IMG/VR virus record: IMGVR_UViG_3300045988_094226
Span: 1-41,457 of that record
DNA from: a virus
Strand: one strand, 5' to 3'
Length of the DNA stretch: 41,457 nucleotides
Under the pieces are notes generated by a model. It worked only from the letters and a program-made list of their open reading frames with translations, was not told the DNA's origin and did not search any database. A program made the translations under genes and the position numbers. Positions 35,388 to 41,457 of this stretch are shown here, in pieces. Position 1 is the first letter of the stretch; each line of letters begins with the position of its first letter.

Positions 35388-36806
35388 GTCTCTTCCTTAA
35401 TGTCTTCAACCACCTTACTCATTACATAGTCAGCACATGGCTGTGCCATTCCGTTTCCTATTGCTCTGTATCTCGCCGTATCACTCCCGCCCTTTGTCCA
35501 GTTGTCCGGAAGTCCCTGCAGTCTTTCACACTCAAGCGGCGTAAGGCGGCGGACGTAATCTTTAACTATGATCGGATTTTGATAATTGAGACTATATCCT
35601 CCTTGGTTTTTTGCCTGTAATGTCATTGATATCTGCGAAAGTCGACTGTTTCTACAGTCAATCGCATAGGCAACCGCTAATCTTGTTGATGGTTTTAATG
35701 TAGATGTTTTATCCTCATAGATCGGCATGTTGTTTTTTATACTTGCGTCTCTGTTAAATGTGTATATGAGCGGTACTTGATTCCCGCCGGTCCCCATCCT
35801 GTTATTGAGTGTCTGCACTGTTCCGTCATTTCTTTCTCTGATAACGTCTTGCGCATGTGTCATATCGAGAACGCTTATACAGATGCCGCCTTGGTTTCTT
35901 GCTGGATTACTTCCACTTAGATCTAACGTGTTACTTTTGTCTACTTCTTTTATGCCCGCTGTCGGATTGTTGCTTTTCATTCCTTCGCTTTCGTATGATC
36001 CGATTCTGTATGTTTTGATAAGCACGCATCTCTGGTCATGCATGCAGTTCAGCGCTCCTGTTTTTTCTCTCATTCTTATTGAGTTTGTTTGTCCGTTTCC
36101 GATATCATAGACTGATGTTTCAGTACTTGGTACAGCAGTTCGGGTAAGCGTTTCTTTCTTGCTTTCGCTCTTCGCAAAATACCTTGACATGCTTTCGGGC
36201 TCAAATAGTACTTCCGGTCTACCCCCCCCTATTTCTAAAACTTGCAATAAGGAAGATTCTCTCTCGATGCTGGGGGACGCCCCAATATTGAGCGTCGAGG
36301 ACGCGCCATGCGAGGTGACATCTCTTACTTCGTACCATTCCGCTTCTTGCCCATTTTCCAGATCCAGGCATTGGAATATTGGCTTGTGTGATTTCGCTAA
36401 GCACGGCTTGAAAGTCACGCCCTTTGTTGCTTGAAAATGCTCCAAGAACGTTTTCCCAGATAAAGTATTTCGGGTATTCTCCTTTTGTGGCATTGAGCAT
36501 ATCGGAAACAATGTCATTTGCCGTCCTAAATAGTCCGCTTCGTTCACCTTTTAATCCCTCTCTTTTCCCCGCTACCGACAGATCTTGGCACGGGCTCCCC
36601 GCACAGATAATGTCCACTGGTGGTATTTTGTCACCTTTTATTTTTCTGATGTCGCCAAGTTGCATGACGTTCGGAAAGTGTTTTTTTGTGACTTCTATAC
36701 AAAAAGGTTCTATTTCCGATGACCACACGGGAACAGCCCCGTTTCGTTCTGCTGCTATACACCACCCGCCGATTCCGTCAAACAGGCTTCCCACTGTTAT
36801 TTCCAT
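35384..36806 (-). pseudogene. DNA (cytosine-5)-methyltransferase split by a +1/-1 frameshift at a G8 homopolymer (C8 on the plus strand, 36222-36229). Motifs I-VIII lie in the N-terminal ORF (36219-36806) and the TRD plus motifs IX-X lie in the C-terminal frame (35384-36218)
   Basis: FDGIGG (I), GSPCQDLS (IV), ENV (VI), QHRERIFLIA (VIII), then RRLTPLECERLQGLPDNWT (IX/X) in the other frame. Removing one G fuses GG-RPEVLFEPESM in frame. Confidence 0.75.
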
Positions 36807-37244
36807 CTATTTCCCTGTACTTCCCATACCGCCGGTCCTATCACCATCAGCGCTGTCATCATCCACCTTGTAATATTGATTGAATATCCCTTGCGCTATT
36901 CTGTCTCCTACTTTTATAGCGCAAGGCGAACCCGACGTATTTCTAAGCGCCATCATGATATGTCCTTCGTTTTCCGGATTGTTGTAGTAGTCTGAATCAA
37001 TTACCGCCACACTGTTTGCCAAAACAAGCCCATACTTAATTGCAAGGCTTGACCTTATATAGATTCCCAGCCATTCATTTTCATCCATATATGCTTTTAT
37101 CCCCGTTTGAATCAATTTTGTTTCGCCCGGATTGATTACAACATTAACAGCACTTTCAATGTCATACCCTGCTGATTGCTTTGTCTTTCTTTTGGGAAAG
37201 TTTACATATTCATATCCGCTTACTTTTTCAAAACCTCTTCTCAT
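36807..37244 (-). CDS. dut: dUTP diphosphatase
   Basis: AGYDI, IDSDYY, GDRIAQ and C-terminal RTGGMGSTG motifs. Confidence 0.85.
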   Translation of the reverse strand: MRRGFEKVSGYEYVNFPKRKTKQSAGYDIESAVNVVINPGETKLIQTGIKAYMDENEWLGIYIRSSLAIKYGLVLANSVAVIDSDYYNNPENEGHIMMALRNTSGSPCAIKVGDRIAQGIFNQYYKVDDDSADGDRTGGMGSTGK

Positions 37245-37246
37245 TT

Positions 37247-37378
37247 CAGTTTCCTTTCTTTATAAATCCGCTCTTCTTCATCGCGCAGTTTTCTTGCCGC
37301 TTCGTCGAGTTTAATTGCGGCATACATGATCATGCTGATAAATATCACTACACTCACTACGTCAATTAATCTATCCAT
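37247..37378 (-). CDS. Small membrane protein (43 aa) MDRLIDVVSVVIFISMIMYAAIKLDEAARKLRDEEERIYKERKLK
   Basis: GGAGG RBS. ATGA coupling to dut. Not in the ORF track (under 60 aa). Confidence 0.3.
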
Positions 37379-37389
37379 TTCGTCCTCCT

Positions 37390-37857
37390 TTAAAACGGGA
37401 TTTCATCTTGTTCATACTCCGGCTGATTATATCCCGGCTCTTTACTCACGGTGCCCATGTCTTCAAATTTCACTGGTGCGGAAAATTGCGTTACAGATGT
37501 TCCGCCGGAAAATCCTGCATTCATTGATTGTTGATTACTTCCAATTGGTTTTGCAATTATATTCGCTACTACTTCGGTAATATACCGTCTCTGTCCGTCT
37601 GGAGTGTCATATGACCTGGTGGAATACCTTCCTTCTACAAATACATAGCTTCCTTTTGTAAGTTCATTACCTACTGCTTCCGCCAGTTTCCCCCAGGCGG
37701 TTACATTGACCCAATCTGTTAAATCTAACGTTTCCCCGTTCGCTTTTGTAATTTTCTTACTTACGCCCACGGAAAATGACGCTACGGCTTTCCCTGTCTT
37801 TGTTGCTCTGATAATTGGATCTTTGGCAAGATTCCCCGTGATTTGTACTGTGTTCAT
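37390..37857 (-). CDS. ssb: Single-stranded DNA-binding protein
   Basis: OB-fold N-terminus MNTVQITGNLAKDP. Gly/Gln-rich linker. Acidic tail EYEQDEIPF. Confidence 0.85.
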   Translation of the reverse strand: MNTVQITGNLAKDPIIRATKTGKAVASFSVGVSKKITKANGETLDLTDWVNVTAWGKLAEAVGNELTKGSYVFVEGRYSTRSYDTPDGQRRYITEVVANIIAKPIGSNQQSMNAGFSGGTSVTQFSAPVKFEDMGTVSKEPGYNQPEYEQDEIPF

Positions 37858-37861
37858 CTTC

Positions 37862-38191
37862 TTACCTCTCTATGTATACTTCCGCATTCCTGCGTCCGAA
37901 CTCTATTGCTTCATCGTATGAGTTTTTAAATATGTCTATGCCTTCCATGCCACCCCGGTCTTCCACGGTGTACCAGTGTCCGTATATCTGTACTTGTGTT
38001 CCGAACGGCAGCCAGTTGCACGCTATGGTTCTGCCTTCAGTCGGTATCGTTCCGGATGCAGTGTGTTCATTCGGACATTCATAAGGCGTATATACTGTGA
38101 GTTCTGTCGTTACCCATTCCGCTTTTATAATTCCCGTTAATCCGCATATAAATACCGCTGAAAATAAAATAATCCATAAGTTTCTAAACAT
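37862..38191 (-). CDS. Secreted 3D-domain protein (MltA/YuiC-like cell-wall enzyme domain)
   Basis: Signal peptide, then TVYTPYE...TASGTIPTEGRTIACNWLPFGTQVQIYG...VEDRGGMEGIDIF with the three conserved Asp of the 3D domain. Confidence 0.6.
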   Translation of the reverse strand: MFRNLWIILFSAVFICGLTGIIKAEWVTTELTVYTPYECPNEHTASGTIPTEGRTIACNWLPFGTQVQIYGHWYTVEDRGGMEGIDIFKNSYDEAIEFGRRNAEVYIER

Positions 38192-38193
38192 TG

Positions 38194-38421
38194 TTATGCT
38201 CCTTTCTTTTTTAACTTTCTGATTTCAACATCTCCAATGAGGATCTTTTCTATTAGCGTTCCGTTGGCTTTTGTCCAGTTCTTCCCAACCAATACCATTA
38301 ATCCTTTTCTTTCATCTATACAGAAGTGTTTTGATACTCTCTTCTCCGCCGGAAATAATATGCCGAATTCTTCCCCAGGCTTGATCCCGAATATGTCTGT
38401 AAATGGTTTGATGTAGTTCAT
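38194..38421 (-). CDS. Hypothetical protein
   Basis: ORF track, 75 aa. Confidence 0.3.
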   Translation of the reverse strand: MNYIKPFTDIFGIKPGEEFGILFPAEKRVSKHFCIDERKGLMVLVGKNWTKANGTLIEKILIGDVEIRKLKKKGA

Positions 38422-38636
38422 GTTTCCTCCTCCATTCTGTCAATTTCATGTATAAGCAGTGCCGCCGCTCTTTTCAGATTTTCTTTTCGTGATTTTACTC
38501 CCCGTATTTTCTTTCCGTGTATAATCGTCGTTCCACCAATCAGGTACGCCGCCATAGCATTAAATAGTTCCGTATTGCTATATGGTTCCGCCGGAAATCC
38601 TCGGGATATTTTCAGTATTTCTTCTGTGTCTATCAT
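38418..38636 (-). CDS. Hypothetical protein
   Basis: ORF track, 72 aa. Confidence 0.3.
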   Translation of the reverse strand: MIDTEEILKISRGFPAEPYSNTELFNAMAAYLIGGTTIIHGKKIRGVKSRKENLKRAAALLIHEIDRMEEET

Positions 38637-38926
38637 TGAATACCTCCTATATCTCTTATGTACCGTTTATATCCGTTTTTTATTCTTTCAAACTCAATGG
38701 CCATCATGATTTCTTGCGGACCATCTTCATATACTTTCTTAATGGCTGCTTTTATGATGACTATCGGGCTGGTAATCAGTGTTATCAGTGACGCCAATAT
38801 TACTACACCGGCTATGGTTATCAGAGCGGCAATCGCTCTTCCCACTCTGCACGGAATCATACCGTATACAAGCTTCTGCCATTTCCTATAACCTTTATAT
38901 GCATTGATATAATCTATTTCGTTCAT
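38633..38926 (-). CDS. Membrane protein, hypothetical
   Basis: TM AIAALITIAGVVILASLITLITSPIVII. ATGA coupling. Confidence 0.35.
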   Translation of the reverse strand: MNEIDYINAYKGYRKWQKLVYGMIPCRVGRAIAALITIAGVVILASLITLITSPIVIIKAAIKKVYEDGPQEIMMAIEFERIKNGYKRYIRDIGGIQ

Positions 38927-41424
38927 TTTCCCTCCATGAAATCAAAGAGTGTCGGTGTTTCCTGGTTATCTTCTTCCCGCTTGAGATACCAGCATCCGTC
39001 ACGGTAGTATTCCGGATTGAGTTCTATTCCTATGCCTTTCCGCCCTGCTTTCATGGCTTCCAGCGGTACTGTCATCAGTCCGCCGAAGGGGTCAAGCACG
39101 GTTTCTCCTTCGTTTGTGTACCGGTTAATCAGTCGGTCTACTATGTCAAACTGGAGAGGACAGAGGTGCATTTGTTTTCTCCTTTGTGATTGTTCTGTGT
39201 TGAGTGTTCTCATACGGTTCACATCGTCCCACACGTCAGGAGACCAGCTCGCTGGATCTATGCACATAAATGTCGCGGGCAGTTTGTTTTTTTCGTCCAT
39301 CGCATTGGCCATCTCTACATGCTTATCAAAGTCATACACGGTTTCTTTACTGTATTTGTTGTACAGTTTTCGTATATCCGATATGGGCATGTCTTTTAGG
39401 TCGTCAACGGACAGCTGCCTGTTTCCGCTGCTTCTCCAGAATGCATGAGCGTCTAATTGCCATTGCCCGCGGGTATATTCTTCTTTACTCTTTGTGACAG
39501 GTGTATCTGCATAGGCTCTTGATGTATCCGTAGGGAGCTTTCTGAACAGCAGGATGTATTCCGGGCAGCCTACTCCCATTTTTGTTCCGTCCTTGCACTG
39601 CTCCGTCCATCCAAGACGGTATGTCTGATTGTTCTCCCGAACCACGTCGGTTATGACGGTTATCATGCCGAAGAATTGGAAGCCGTGTTTCATGTAGTGC
39701 ATGATGGTCAATGCATGGAACGGTTCTATGGTTGGCATGCCTGTTCCCGTTGCGTTCCCGAATAGTACACGGTCTTTCACGTGGCATGCATATACTCTTC
39801 CGGGCTTCAAAATTCTAAGTAAATTCGGCGTTAAATAATCCATCTGCTCAAAAAATTTGTCTGTATTTTCGTTATGCCCGAAATCGTTATAGCTTGCGCA
39901 GTATTCATAGTGATTTCCAAACGGAATTGATGTAAGAAGCATGTCCACTGAGTTATCTTGCATTTTCCCCGTTTCTTCAACACAGTCGCCATGTATCGCG
40001 ATGTAGTTTTTCCCTTTTGTTATGACTTCTTCCACGCCTATACTCCTTTGCATCTCAATGATGGCATCGTTTCTTGACAGTCCATATTTCCTGACTATTT
40101 CTTCCATGCTTTCCGTGAGTTTGTTATATTGCTCCCATTTCTTTTTCAGTACTTCTAGCACCTGCTGTTCTGTTTCCATGTATATGATGTCTATAATGAC
40201 AGGTTTTATTTGTAGGAAGCGGTAACACCGGTGGATGGCTTGGATAAAGTCGTTAAACTCATAGTCAATCCCCATAAATATCTGGCGATGGCAATGTTTT
40301 TGGAAGTTACATCCGCTCCCTGATAGTTCTTTTTTTGTAGCAAGGATACGAAAGTCTCCCTTTGAAAAGCCGATGGTGTTTCTTTCTCTTTCGTCCATAT
40401 CTTGTGAGCCGTAGATAAATTTAGCTTCTGGGATTGCATATTTGATGGCATGACGCTCGCTTTCCAGATCGTGCCATATAATGAAATGTTCATCAGGTGA
40501 TTCGTCGATAATCCGTTTGGTTTCTGCCAGCCTGACATCGATGCTCTCTCTTTTCTCTCTGGCCGCTGCCGAAAGTCCCACGGCAAAGTCTTTTATAAGT
40601 TTGACCTGCCCGTTCTTTTCTTCTTCATTCACGGGTTTTGTGTTTGCCAGCATGTGGTAATTCACTTGCAGTGGCGGAAGGTTATATCCTTCATCGCTGT
40701 ACCCCAGATCAGAGGGCTTTTGAATAAATAATGCCCAGGTAGATAGCCACAGCCAGAATTCTTTTTCTTTATGCGGATAGAGAGTGAGGTTATTTGCTTT
40801 TGTACTGTCCCGCTGAAAGAAGCGTGTTAATGCCTGCCCCGTATCCATAACTTCCAAGTATCCGCCATAGTGAATAAGTTCTTTATATCTATTTGGCGCA
40901 GGTGTAGCCGTGGCAACAAGTTTATATTTCACGCCTTTAAATTTTGGCAGAAATGTCTGATATGTTTTGCTGCCGAAGCTTCTTAAAACGGACGCTTCGT
41001 CTAAGCTGCATGCCGTGAAGTAGTGAGGATCTATATCTCCGTCACGAACTCTTTCATAGTTTGTAATTACTATTCTGTTATCTGCGGCTTTGACTTCTTC
41101 CATATTTCTTACATATGTCGGAGCAGGGATATTGAGCAGATGAACCGCGTCTTCCGCAAATTCCTGCTTGACCCCCAACGGACAGACAATCAACGCTTTA
41201 CCGCCTATTTTCTTAGTGAGTACACGTCACCATTCCAATTGCTGTATACTCTTCCCCAGCCCGAATGCTTCAAACAATGCCCTGCGCCCGCCTTTGAGCG
41301 CCCACAAGACAGCATCTCTTTGATGTGGTTTCAAGACGGAACTTATATCCGCCGGACTGACTTCTATTCCTGATACTGGTGCTTTTATCACTTTATCTTT
41401 CAAAAATTCTATGTATGATTTCAT
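38923..41424 (-). pseudogene. SNF2-family helicase fused to a C-terminal N6/N4 DNA methyltransferase domain, interrupted by one in-frame TGA (about 41227-41229) between helicase motifs I and Ia. Either read through or a pseudogene
   Basis: LKPHQRDAVLWAL...GLGKSIQQLEW-TGA-RVLTKKIGGKALIVCP. DEAS box (SLDEASVL). C-terminal VLDPFGGLMTV AdoMet motif and SIPF catalytic-like motif. TGA is otherwise used as a stop in this genome (ATGA overlaps). Confidence 0.7.
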
Positions 41425-41457
41425 GTTCTTCTCCTCGGCTTGTCTCTTGCCTGTTTC

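Noticed and set aside
1-41457. Genome-wide TGA recoding (code 4/25-like) as the explanation for the in-frame TGA in the helicase
   Set aside because: TGA is used as a genuine stop at many gene ends, often in ATGA start/stop overlaps (for example 19-22, 38923-38926, 2366-2369, 10486-10489). Large structural genes are intact under the standard code.
1-41457. CRISPR arrays, rRNA genes, IS elements or transposases
   Set aside because: There are no short regularly spaced repeats with unique spacers, no rRNA-like conserved stretches, and no DDE or serine-recombinase transposase ORFs. The only recombinase is the tyrosine integrase.

Overview
The window appears to be a complete, circularly closed temperate siphovirus (tailed phage) of about 41.4 kb, or its excised form. 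Bases 1-55 are identical to 41403-41457, which is the expected signature of circular assembly overlap or terminal redundancy. Most genes run on the minus strand as one long leftward programme that wraps across the window ends. In transcription order it comprises a plasmid-like rolling-circle Rep (pC194/pUB110 motifs IDLTY, HVHHHVLI and AEYFVKE), an SNF2 helicase fused to an N6 methyltransferase (interrupted by an in-frame TGA), small hypotheticals, a secreted 3D-domain protein, SSB, dUTPase, a C5-cytosine methyltransferase (broken at a G8 tract), a PD-(D/E)xK nuclease, an ArpU-like late activator, and a cos-type packaging unit (HTH, HNH, TerS, TerL). These are followed by the HK97-like head genes (portal, prohead protease, major capsid, connectors), a tail module in the Rhodobacter-GTA-like order (major tail, G/GT chaperone with -1 slippery site, tape measure, DUF2460-like, DUF2163-like, NlpC/P60, 1091-aa host-specificity protein, fibre), a lysis cassette (XhlA-like, holin, SLT/lysozyme-like, and a striking out-of-frame overlapping ORF pair), moron genes and an N6/N4 methyltransferase. 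The lysogeny module (3.2-8.5 kb) runs the other way. It contains a membrane-anchored winged-HTH protein, two duplicated bidirectional promoter cassettes with small ORFs (one a 28-aa hydrophobic peptide), a cro-like/cI-like(ImmR)/ImmA switch, a lipoprotein, an unusually long MazF/PemK-fold protein with no antitoxin, a candidate structured sRNA, and a tyrosine integrase. The integrase is followed by an attP whose core is a tRNA 3'-end fragment flanked by GTGGAGCA arm repeats. Codon usage, strong GGAGG ribosome-binding sites, the DEIPF SSB tail and XhlA point to a Firmicutes host. There are no CRISPR arrays, no rRNA genes and no complete tRNA gene.
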